Assembly: GCA_040756875.1 (NCBI GenBank)
Contig: JBFLYH010000001.1
Span: 768,001 to 832,000 of the forward strand
Length of the DNA stretch: 64,000 bases
From: a candidate division FCPU426 bacterium
GTDB lineage: Bacteria; Oederibacteriota; JAAXVQ01; JAUVAV01
Direction of reading: 5' to 3'
This document shows positions 1 to 12,000 of this stretch, one piece after another (the first letter of the stretch is position 1; every line of letters begins with the position of its first letter). The position numbers and the translations under genes were made by a program. The notes under the pieces were generated by a model, which saw nothing but the letters and a program-made list of their open reading frames with translations, made no database searches and had not been told where the DNA came from.

Positions 1-3000
1 GGTTTCACCCCTGCGCCTGGCAGTGGCGGTCGCGACCATCGCGGTCCTGGGGGTGTTTTCTTTCCTGCTTTCGCCGGATTCCGTCCTGTCCACGCTCTCG
101 ATTTGGGGCGCCGGCGCCGGCGTGTTGACTCTGGCCGGCGTATACGCGCCGCGGCTCTATTACGGGTGGCGTCTGGCCAGGCCGCGCGCGCCGGTTCTGG
201 ATCCCCGGTACCTCGACACCCAGCTGACGCGCCTGGTGGCCGATCTGGAAAAGAACGGCGGTTTGCCCGACGGCTATCAGCGCCCGCGTTTTAAAGTCCT
301 GCCGCGCCAGGCCATCCGGACTTCCTTTTGGAAAGGGCTTCGCGTCGGCTACGGTTCCTCCGGCGTGGTTTATTTGCACCCGAACTTCCTCTCGCTCCCG
401 ATCCCGGCCCAGCGGGCCGTCTTGCTCCATGAAATTTACGAAGCGCATCAGCGCGGCCACGTCCTGGCCACGCTCCTGGAGCTGGCCAGCTACCTCCGTT
501 CGGCCGTGGTCTACTTGCGTCCCGCGGCCCGGCGGTTCAGGCGGATCGAGCGGATCGGCTTCACGGCCAAGGCCGACCCCCTGGCCCGGCGGCGCCAGAT
601 CGAGCGCCTGCTTCACGAAATCGACCGGGAATTGCAGCAACCCGGCAGCGGCCGTCTGCCGCAAATGGCCGTGATCTCTGACCTGCATGCGGACGCCAAG
701 CGTTTCTCCGAACTGCTGGGCGACGCGCTGCGCCAGATCGCGGGCTTTCAGGGATCGTTGAATCCCGACCGTTCCATCGAACAGCAAATGAACGAACAGG
801 GGTTGTCGCTTAAAGACATGCCCGGCATGATCGTGGTCAACGGCGACTTGCTGGACCGCGGCGAGGACGGTCTGCGCTGTTTTAACCTGGTCCAGGAACT
901 GCGGCGCGTGGCGCCCGACCGGGTGGTGTACATCGTCGGCAACCATGATTTGTGGGCCGCCGGAAACCTCCTGGGCATTCATCTGCCCTGGTATCGCGGC
1001 TATGAATTTCACGGCGACGTGGAAGCCGAACGCCTGGTGGCCCAACAGCGCCGCAAAAACCCCGGGCAAGTGAACGACTTCGACTGGTGGACCGCCCGCC
1101 TGGCCGAATACAACGCCGACCAGGCGGCCTGGCAAAAAGACGAATTCGGTCAAAGGATGAAATCCGCGCGCGCTTCCTTCATGGATTTGTATAAGCGGGT
1201 GGGGCAGGGGTGGTCCGAAGCCCAGAAAGACACCTGGGAGGAATTCACGGGCAACTTCGCCCGCATCCAGGTGAAAGACCCGGCGGTCGGCCTCAACGCC
1301 ATCGGCCGCACCTCCGTGGCCTGGTGGCAGCGCATTCACTCGGAACTCATGGACCATCGCCGAGCCCGCGAAGGCGTGGCCGACGCGGAGGAGCTCCAGG
1401 CATGGGACGAAGCCATCGTCCTGGCCGCGCAAATCACCGCCGCTTATGAAGAACGCATGGCCGCGGCCCTGGCCGAAGGGAAATGGTGGGTCAGGGTCCT
1501 GCAGGGCATCAACACCCAGGCCTACGCGTCCATGGAATGGTGGTGCCAGGATTGGTCCAGCCATAAAGGCTGGGGCGAGGCACTGATCGCGGAACTCAAC
1601 CAGCGGCAACTGTACGTGGACGGAAAAAAAGTCACGCAAGCCAATTACACCCGGAGCCGCATCATCCAGGACATGGGGCAGTTCTTCCTGGAAAACTTCA
1701 ACCTCCACGTTTTCGACGCCTACGGCAACTTGGTCACGCACGGGATGCTGCCCGTGGATCCGGACGGCCAGATCCGCCTGGCGTTCAAGGGCAAAACCTA
1801 TACCGGCCGCGAGGTGTTCGCCGGGCTGGCCGCCATGTCCGAGGCGGTCAAAAAGTCGCGGGGAGACCGCCGGAAGATGCTCGAAACCTTCCGCCTGGTC
1901 AACGACTGGTACTCGGACAAAACCACGCGCATCAAACCCATGCACGTCCTCGCTTATCTGCGCGACATCGGCCAGCATGTGTTCCAGGCCTCCCTGCGCG
2001 TCTACAACTGGTTCACCGGCCACAACACCCTGGCCACCCTGGGCATGTCCTTCAGGCACCGGGACGGCGATTATTCCATGTTCTTCATCGACAAGGGCAT
2101 GTCGCCCAGGTTCGGAGGCGAAGGCTCCTACGCCCTAGTGGGCAACGGGATCCGATTCCGCGGGTTCGTGGCGGACCGCAGCCGCGCGGTGGTGGATTCC
2201 CCGCTGACCGTCACCCAGCAGGCGTTGATCGAAAATCCCGGCATGCCGCGCGAGGAATACCTGCGGCTGATGCACCGCGCCCTCAGCGAGGAATTGGCGC
2301 TGCTACCCGCAGGCCCCCTGGCCGAGGCGCGTAAACCGGCGCGTGAAATCACGACCGAAGCCATGCTGCACAACCGCCTGCTGGACCAGGTTTTTGCCCG
2401 CGGTTCGATCGGAGACAACGAACGCGACCGCCAAGTCCTGGCCGCCTTCCTGGTGCCCGACCATCCGTTCAAAGCCGAAGCCTTTGAACGCCTGGGCCGC
2501 CTGGACGACGAGGAAGTCCTGGCCCGCGTGGACGACCTGCTCGCCCGCGACCAGGGCGATTCGCCCAACGTCAGTTTCGGTCAGCACGCCTTCAGCCCCT
2601 TCCTGCAGCGCCACTTGAAACTGCGGGAACTGGCCCTGCATCCCACCAGCGGCCAACGTGACTTGCGCCAGATTCTGTTCAGCTCCATGACCATCGCCTA
2701 CACCCCGTCCGTGATGAACCTCATGAGCGAGAAGGGGAGGGAGGTCCTGGTTAAAACCAGCATCGAAGCCAACTACCTGCTCCTGCGCGCCCTGGCGATC
2801 CTGGCCCGCGATCCCGAACGCCTGCAGCTGACCGCCGCCCAGGTCCGCGAACTGAGCCAATACCTGCAAAGCCCGGACGTGATACGCGAGCTGGAATCCT
2901 TCCGCGAAGACCAGGCCCTGACCGGCCTGACCGCTCCCACGACCGTGACCAGCCTGCTGGCCCTCAGCCAGCTTTATCTTCCGGCCGATACGCCCGAAAA

Positions 3001-6000
3001 ACGCGCCAGTCTCGGCCGGCTGGTGGCCTTGATCGACCAGCTAAGGGCCGAGAGCCCGCTCTGGGCCGAGATGCTGCAGGATCCCACGCTTTCCGCGGCC
3101 GCCCAAGTCGAACGGATCCGCCGCCTGAACGCCTCGGCGGAACAGGCGGTTCTGCCTGCGCGGGCCGAACTGCGCCTGTCTTTCTGGCGTCTGCTCGCGG
3201 GTGCGGCCGTGGCCGTGGGCGTCGGCATCAGCCTGTCGCTGACCCTTTCGCCGGACGTGGTTGTGCGCACGGTTTCACTCTGGGGCGCCGCCTCAGGCCT
3301 GGCCGTGATGGCGTTTTTCGCGCCGCGTTTGTATTACGTTTGGCGCCTGGTGCGGCCCAGGGCGCCGGCCCTGGATCCGGACCAGGCCAAAAAACAGCTG
3401 GCCGAACTGATCGCGGACCTGGCCCGCCGCAGCGGATTGCCCGAAGGATATACGCCCGAAATCACGATCCTGCCCGCTCAAACCCTGGGTTCCATCTTCC
3501 GCCGGGGATTTATGATAGCCAAAGCCGAAAAAGGCCGGCTAAGCCTGCACGCCAACTTTTTATCCCTGCCCTGGCCCATCCAGCAGGCCGTGGTTTTGCA
3601 CGAACTGGTCGAAGCCAGCGGCCAGGGCCACTGGCGCGCCACCTGGGCGGAGTTCCGCTCCTATTTGCGCTCGCGGCCGTTCAGGCCCAGCTATCCGCAA
3701 AACATCTTCGCGAACGATTTCACGGTGCATGAACGCCAGGAAAGCGGCGCGACCTGGAACCGGTACCGGGTAACGTACAAGGACACCGATTACTTCTTCC
3801 AGGTGAGAAACGACCTGGACGCCCGCGACAGCCAGCATTTCCGGTTGGAGCGGCTGGCGCCGGACGCCCTTACCCAGCACGCCCTGGACGTGGTCCTCAA
3901 CGGCCTGAACCTGCAGCGCTTCCGCCTGCTCCGTTTCCGCCACCGTTTGGTGGCGCCGCGCGTCGAGGCCTTTGTCATGAACGAGAACGGCGTGGTGGTC
4001 GGGTACCTCACGCCGTACTGGCCGGGCGAACGCCTGTCCGACCTGGTGCGCGCCAAAAGCTTGAGCCCGGCGCAATTGGGACAGGTGCTGCGCCAGCTTC
4101 ATGGCCAGTTGGAAATGATGCACGCGAACCGCCTGATGCACGGCGACCCGCATTTCGACAACGTCCTGGTCAGACTGCCGTCGCCGTGGGTGCCGCGTTT
4201 CCTGGCCCGGCGCTTCCCGCGGCTCTTCCCGGTGGTCGCTCATTTTGTGAATTTCAAACCCAGCGAGGAATTCAACCCCACGGCGGACCTGTTCAAATTC
4301 CGCCTGCTGGTGGACCGCGCCAGCCGGGAAACCCTGGACGGCCGGGCTGCGGAATTTATTCCGGACCTGGTCCCGCGGCCCGAAGTGTCGCCGCTGGCCG
4401 GCCGGCTCGCGGACGCCCAAATCACGGCCGCGCTCAGGCGGGAAGGGGACCGGGTGACCGTGCTGGTGGTCAACCACCGCACCGGCGCCACGGTTTACCA
4501 GCGCCAATTCGCGCTGGCGCCCGAAGACCCGGTCGGCACGATTCGCGACGAGTTGACATACGTTCTTCGGCAACTGGGCGCCCGCATCGACACCGCCGGC
4601 ATTACCGGCTGGCCGGAAGCGGAATTCAACGACCTGCACGCCATACTGTGGAACGATCTGGACATCAAGGCCTTCTCGCCGGAAACCTCGCCGCCGGGGT
4701 TTTTCACGGACCGGGCCGACCCGCGGGCCGTGGCCGATGCCGCCCGCCGCCTGTTTTACGAAACCGCGGAAGTGGTCCGCGTGGAGCAGGACGGTCTGGT
4801 GCACGTCAATCGCCTGGGGAACCTTTCCGATTTCGAAACCGTGTTGGGGCCCGAACGGCTGGCGCGCCACCTCGCCCTGGCGGACATGGCTCGCGCCGAA
4901 GATCTGCGGATGGTTTTCATCAACTCCACGCCCAAGGGCGGCGGCGTGGCGATTATGCGGCACGGCATCCAGCGCTGGGCCGAACTCCTGCGCCTGCCTC
5001 TGCGCTGGCTGGTCATGAGTCCTGATGAGACAGGAACCATTTTCGATGTCACCAAATTGAAATTCCACAATGTCCTGCAGCTGGCGCAGGACAACCCCCT
5101 GACCGCCGAAGACACCCGGCGCCTGGACGCCTGGACCCAAGACCAGGCCCGCCGCTTCCAGCAACACCTGGCCTGGGGCAACGTCTTTGTCATCGATGAT
5201 CCTCAGCCCGCCGGACTGATCCGCCTGATCAAGCAGTCCAATCCGCAGGCCAAAATCATTTGGCGCTGCCATATCGAATTCAATGTCGAGGAAATCAACC
5301 GTCCCGGCACCACGGCCCACGAGACCTGGAAATACCTCGCCGATAAAATCGGACCGTCTGACCTCTTCCTGTTCCATGAAAAAGCCTTTGTCCCGGCCGG
5401 GTTCGAATCAGGCCACATGGTGCTGCAGATGTATCCGGCCATGGTCCCGCTGGACGGCATGAACAAACCCCTGCGCCCGATCCAGATGGATTATTACCTT
5501 AGGCTGTTCAATGAAATCATGGGCGAACAAGGCCAGACGCCGTTGGATCCCGACCGCCCGATCCTGACGCAAATCGCCCGTTTCGATCCCTCCAAGGGCA
5601 TTCCGGACGTTTTGGAATCCTTCCGCCTGTTGCGCCGCCGCCTGGCCCCGTTCCGGTTCCTGGCCGAATGGTCCATTCCGGTGTTTCACTTCCTGGCCGG
5701 TTGGGACATTCCCCTGGCCGGCCGGCTGGAGCGTCGCCTGGTGGATTTGGCCCGTTACCTTAAGCCGCAGTTGGTGATTCTTGGCAACGGCGCCAACGAC
5801 GACCCGGAAGCCATGCCCCTGTATAACCTGGCGCAGTCGATTAAAACCCAGCCTGAATATGCCCGCATCGCGGATGACATTAAAGTCGTGCTGGCGCCGC
5901 ACAACGACCAGTTGCTCAATGCCGTCCTGCGCTGGAGCCGGGTGGCTTTCCAGCTCTCGCACCGCGAAGGGTTCGAATTCAAGGTAACCGAAGCCCTGCA

Positions 6001-9000
6001 GAAGGGCGTGCCTGTGATCGCCTACCGGGCGGGCGGTATTCCGGCGCAGATCGAGGACGACCGCACCGGCTTCCTGCTTGAAGTGGGTGATGTGCGCGGC
6101 GTAGCCCGCCGCTTGCTCTGGCTGATGTTGAACCCGTTTTCTTACCGGCGCATGAGCCGGGCCGCCGCGGAAGAGACTCGCACGAATTACATCATTCAGG
6201 ACAACGCCGCCAACCTGATCAGCCTGGGCCTGCTCCTGCGCTCAAACCGCCTGACGCCCGAAACCCTGGCCCAGGCCTCGGCCGGCCGGGATGAACACCA
6301 GGTCACCGCCGACCTGCGCGAGCAGGTGATGGACGAGGCGGAAACGCGTTTCGGGGCCGGCGCCCGGGAAGCGCAACGCGGCCCGAATTGGCCTGCCGGC
6401 CTGATGCCCAAGTTCAGGGCAAAAGTCATCGATGAGTACGGGCGTTTCCACCCCGGAGCAGCGGCTCGGGCGATCCTACAGGAAAACATCTGGCTGCTGC
6501 CATGGGTGGTCCTGACCGGCGTCGCCACCGTGGCGGCAATGGCAGTAGCCGGGCAGGGAAGCGCGCTCGCGCCTCTCCTGCGCATCCTCATCCCTTCGCT
6601 CAGCGGCCTTTTCTACGCCGCCACCTTCACCCGCAGCCACGGTCCGACCGTGGTGGCTTTCGATCCCGACGAAATGCGCTATGTAGAGATTCCCAGGACC
6701 TGGAAGCATACCCTGCAACTGTTCGGCCTGGGTTTGGGCATGGCTGCCCTGACCCTCGGCGGATTGGCCCTGGGCAGCCTGGGCCTGCTCGGGCTGGGCG
6801 CGGTCAGCAGCCTGGCCATCGGTGTATTGACGGGCTTCGCGGCCGCTTATGCGCTCCACTTTGCCTGGAATTTTTCCTTTGCCCGCCGCCTGCCGGGTCT
6901 GGCCACGGGCTCGGCCCAACCCGTGCCCAAGCTGCCGCCATTGGAGAGCGTGGTCGAACTGACCGTGGAAAGCCGCCTCTCGCACGAATTGATCAACCGT
7001 ATCCGTGCCAACCTTAGTGATACAGCCCATCCCGAGCGGGCCCGGCTGGATCAGGAACTGTCCGCGTTGGGTGACAATCCCGAACTGGCGCTGCAATTGC
7101 TGGCCATGTCCGGCTCCATCGGTGGCATCGGCCCGCTGCTGACCGACCGGATCGAGGATTTGGGCAAGCAGGCGGGGTTCCGCAAGGTCGTGGGCATCCG
7201 GCCGCTCTACCAGCAGGTCTGGCGCCAGCAAGTCACGCCCAGCCAAAACGGCGGCCCCGAACAATTTTCTCTCTCCAAGGTCGAAGTCGGCGACATGCTG
7301 CGTTCGGCCCTGGAACGCACCCAGGTTCCGGGAACCGACCAGGACCTGACCCTCGAAGTTCCCATGTATGACGGCCGGGTGCGCAAGGTCGCGGTCTGGC
7401 AGGAAACGGATCCGAAGACCGGTACGGTCATGTACTACCTCGACGATTACGCGGCCGGCGAGGCCGAGCCCAATGTCTTTGACGTGGTGTATTCGGGATA
7501 TGCGGATAAAAACGCTTCGGCCCGCTTCCTCGGGGATTTCGAAGCCAAGAAACGCATCTCCATGGAGCAGAGCTACCTGCTCGGCCGCGCCTATTTGGCG
7601 CTTCTGGAAACCCTGCAGATTCAGCCTGACGCGGTGATCCTGTCCGAAATGAGCGCCGGTACCTTCGCCATTCCTCAAGTCGTCACGGACAAGTACCAGC
7701 ATAGCCCGGCCACGGCCCGCGCGCGTTTTATCTTCAACGACCATACGCCCCTGGAATACGCCCACGTGGTGGAACACAAGGATTTCCTGGCCAAATACCC
7801 CCTGGCGCACGAGGTGGTGGATCTGCTTACGGACGCCCAGGGGCAGGTGCACATCACCAGCCTGATCGCCACCCTGGCGGAGAGCGTGTACGGCGTGGCC
7901 CGCCTGCACTGGCAAACCATGCGCAACATGCCGGCTTACCAGCGCGTGCGCGACAAGCTGCGCTACATCACCAACGGCGTCAACCTGGATTTCTGGCAGT
8001 GGGGCGGTTTCCGGAATTGGGAAAAACTGAGCGACGAGGATTTATTAAAGGAAAAAGACCGGGCGCGTTCCGCCATGCTCAACCTGCTGGCCGACCGGCT
8101 GGGCCGGGACGACGCCTGGAAAACCCAAATGGCGGGGAAGCGTATTTTCAACTGGACCCGCCGGGTCGTGCGTTACAAGCAGCTGTACCGCCTGCTGGAG
8201 ATGGTTCGCGATCCGGAGCTGCGCCGGCAATTCCTGGAAAGCGACGCCGTGATCCTGTTCGGCGGCCGGGTGCACCAGGACGATACGCCCAGCCAGCAGC
8301 TGGTGCAGGAGTTCCTGAATGAAATCCACGCCCATCCCGAACTCCGCGACCGCCTGATTTTTTACCCCAATTTCAACACCCTGGACATGCAAACCATCGC
8401 CGCGGGCGTGGACGGCACCATCATGGGCGCCAACGAAGGCCGCGAAGCCTCGGCCACGGGCTTCATGAAGGTCCTGGCCAGCGGCGGCATTGTCATCGGC
8501 TCTCCGGACGGCGCGGTCCCCGAGAATTGCGTTTTTCTGGGCGAAGCCCAGCAGTACGCCAACCAGGTGCCCGCCGAAGGCATGCAGTTCTCCGCTGATC
8601 CGGCGGGGGCCAATGCCGTCTTGCTGCCTTACGACACCATTGACCATGAAGACGGCGGGCGCCGCAGTTTCTCGCCCCAGGCCCTGGTTTCAGCCCTGGC
8701 CCTGGCCAGCAGGACGCTGGCCGACCCTCAGGCCCGCGTTGGCATGATGCGCCGCGCTCTGGCCGAATCTCCGCGCCTCAGCACCAAGCGCGTGGTCCGC
8801 GAAATGACGTCCCTGTTGCGGGAGCTCGAGCAGATCTCGGATTCCCGCCAGCAGGCCCTGGCTTCCGGCCGTTCCGAGGGGGCCGTCATCCTTCCAACCC
8901 TGTCGTATGACCGTCTGAAAAAATTCTTGAATTTTCCCGTCGGAAATTTTGTCTGGAAGACAGAAGAAAGCAAGCTGGTTCCCGTCAGCCGCCCTGCGGG

Positions 9001-12000
9001 CGTACCCGAGGGAACACTGCGCGCCTTGTGGCATGAATTCAACTCCCTGCGTTCCCTGGGCGCCCTGGACGAACCGGTGCTGCTTTTCAACGCCATGGGC
9101 AATCCTGAATACAATGCCCAGCCCGGCCAGTCCGGTGGGTATCTCCTGGGTTATTTACGCAAAGCCTGCTCTGAAAACGAGCACTTCAAATTCCTGCCCA
9201 AAGCCAGCCAAGACGAAGTCCTGGGCACCCTGGACCGTCTGAACGAACGTGTCAAGCAAGCCCGCGAGCAGGGCGACCGCAACGCCATCATTGAGGCCCA
9301 CTATGAAGCCATGGGCCTGGTGCAGGAATGGATTCAGGCGGAAGTGCCATTCTTGCATTTCGAATGGCTCCGGGACGGCATCAGGCATTACTATCTCAAT
9401 CCCATCACCAGCATGGGCGGTTTTTTCTTCCGGTTGCTGAAAATGCAGCCGGAATATTTCGCCACCCGCATTCCCGGCACCGATCAGACCAGGGGCGAGT
9501 ATATAACCGGCATCCTCCGCAGCCAGGAAAAGTGGATTAACGAATCTCTCGAAACTCTGATCTGGAGGAATGCCGCCGTTTATGCCGACGATCCCGCGCA
9601 GCTGGACCAGGCCGTGCAACGAATCCTGCAGGAAACGTTCGAGATCATGGGCCAGTCGACGTCCACCTTGGCAGGCCTGGTCGCGGAAATGCCCAAAGCC
9701 GAATGGAACACCCAGACCCTGAATACCCTCGCGGTCATCCAAAACGAAATGCAGCGCATCCAGACGCAAAATAATTATCTGCGGGACGTAACGCGCGTTC
9801 ATTTCGGCCCCGCCCTGCCCACCAGCGCTTTTTGGGCGGTGAGGCGCGCGCTGCAGCGTTTGGGCGACCGCGCGGCGGCCATCACAGTTGACCGGCAGGT
9901 CGAGCGTTTGCCCCTGCTCGTGGATCCGGACCGGTTCTCAGCCTCCCTGGAGCATTTATTGGCCCTGGCCCTTGAAAACAATGCCGGAAAAATCAAATTA
10001 AGCCTGGGGCAGGAAAACCACCATTTAGTCATCACCATCGAAGACAACGGTAGCCTGTACACCGCCGAGGCATTGCAGCAGGCCACGCACATACCCTTTC
10101 TTGCCACATCCCTTGTGCCGCGCAACAGCGGTCTGGAGTATTTGGAAGCGCGCCAAATGGCCGAAATGTACGGAGGCGAGCTGCAACTGTCGCAGCACGA
10201 TAAGACGTTCGTTTTCAGATTGACGCTGCCGCTGTTCACCGAAGCCGGGCAAATTGTCGAAGTGCCGGATACGCAGTTATGGAGCGCCTGGGTCCATCTG
10301 ACCACGAGCTTGGCCGGCGCCCAGAGCGAGGCGGAAATACAAAGCAGTCTCATGCAGGCCCTGGACGACTTTTTCGGCTTCCGCCGCGCCAATTTTTACC
10401 GCCTGAACCGGGCCCCGGAAGGCGACTGGCGGTACGTCAGCACCGGTCGTTACGGTCTGCTCGGCTTTTCGACCGCCTTGAACGAGCAGCCCTTTGAACG
10501 GCCGGACGAAAAATACCATCTCCTGCGCCGTTATGAACAATCCCGGCTCGAAGCCGACCAGGTGCAGGTCATCGGCAACCGGGTGGACGATCCACGCGCC
10601 AATCCCCGGCACATCCTCAAGGACATCTTCAAATACAAACTGTTCGACGCCACGATCCAGTGGCAATACCGTTTCTTCGGCTGGTTGAACAACGATTTCA
10701 TCGCCTCTCTCGTCGGCCAGCGGATCTCCCGCTGGATCCTGCGTTTTACCTCCACGGCCTGGATTCAAGACGTCAACCGCTCCGTCACGCTCCTGTTCGC
10801 GCCTCCGGGCGAATCCGCAACCAGCATGCTCTTTATCCTGCCGTCGCGCACCATCACGGCCGAAGAAGAGCAACTCCTGGGCCGCATCACCCGTTTGGCC
10901 GGACAGGCCTACCAGCGCCTGGGCCGTCAGCGCCTGTTGACCCAGAATTGGACGTCCCTGGCCGAACGTCAGCCCGCCCAGGACGAATTGAACGCCCTGC
11001 TGGAGCAGGGAAGGGTTCTTTTCCAGCAATACCGCAAGCAAATTCAGGGAGTGCTCAAACCGCTGGCCAAAGCCGGGGAAGAGCAGAAAGAAGTGGCCGC
11101 TCAACTTTCCACCTTCTCCGCCGAAACCGAAGAATTATTGGCCCGGTTTTTCAGCCGGGCGGATGTTTCGCCGCGGGTTCCGGTTCCCGAAACCCCCCTG
11201 GATACTACGGATCCAGAGGCCTTTCTGGAGGATTTCACCCTACGCATAAATAAAGCGCAAACCGCGGATGAAATCGCCGGCCTTTCGCGCCTGGCCATCG
11301 AGTTGCTCGACACCCTGGCTTGGCCGCAGGCCCAGCGCGATCACCTGATCGCAGTTTGTAACCAGTTGGTGCGCGCGTCCACGGAAAACCTCAGCAATCT
11401 GGAATTGTTGGCCTTGGAACAGCCCCTGGCCGCCCAATTGGACAAACTCGCGGCATTGCCGGCCGACACGCTGCCGCCCTTGCTGAAACGACGTTTGGCG
11501 CAGACGCGGGACACGCTCCAAAATTTCCACCAACGTTTGCGTCTCTTGCAAGGGCTCAATCCCGCCGTTTTCACGGCCTTCGACTACGTCAAACGCCTTT
11601 TTGCCGCCCGGAACGCCCCTGACGTCCTGGAAAGTCTGTTCGAGAGCGTGCTTAACAATACTCCCTTTGCGGGCCTGAATATCTATTCCGTGCGGCCGGA
11701 TGAACGCGGCGCCCTCTGGTACCGAAGCCTGCGGCGCAGCGGCATGTTCGGCCGTTCGGCTGCTCGCAATTGGCTCGCACTCTCCCCGCGCAGCGAAAAA
11801 ACCAGGGCTTTGTCCCTGGCCGAACAGGGTCCGATCGAAGAACGGGACTCCAGCGGCTCCCTCATTTACGAGCAAGGCCGCGGCCCGCAGGGTTTCGACT
11901 ATCTGTACATCGCCCAGCGGCACGAAGCGCCGTTCGTGGACCAACGCGAATTGCTGCGCGACGTCGTCCGTCACTCGGCTTTGCCGGCGCCAAGCTGGCT

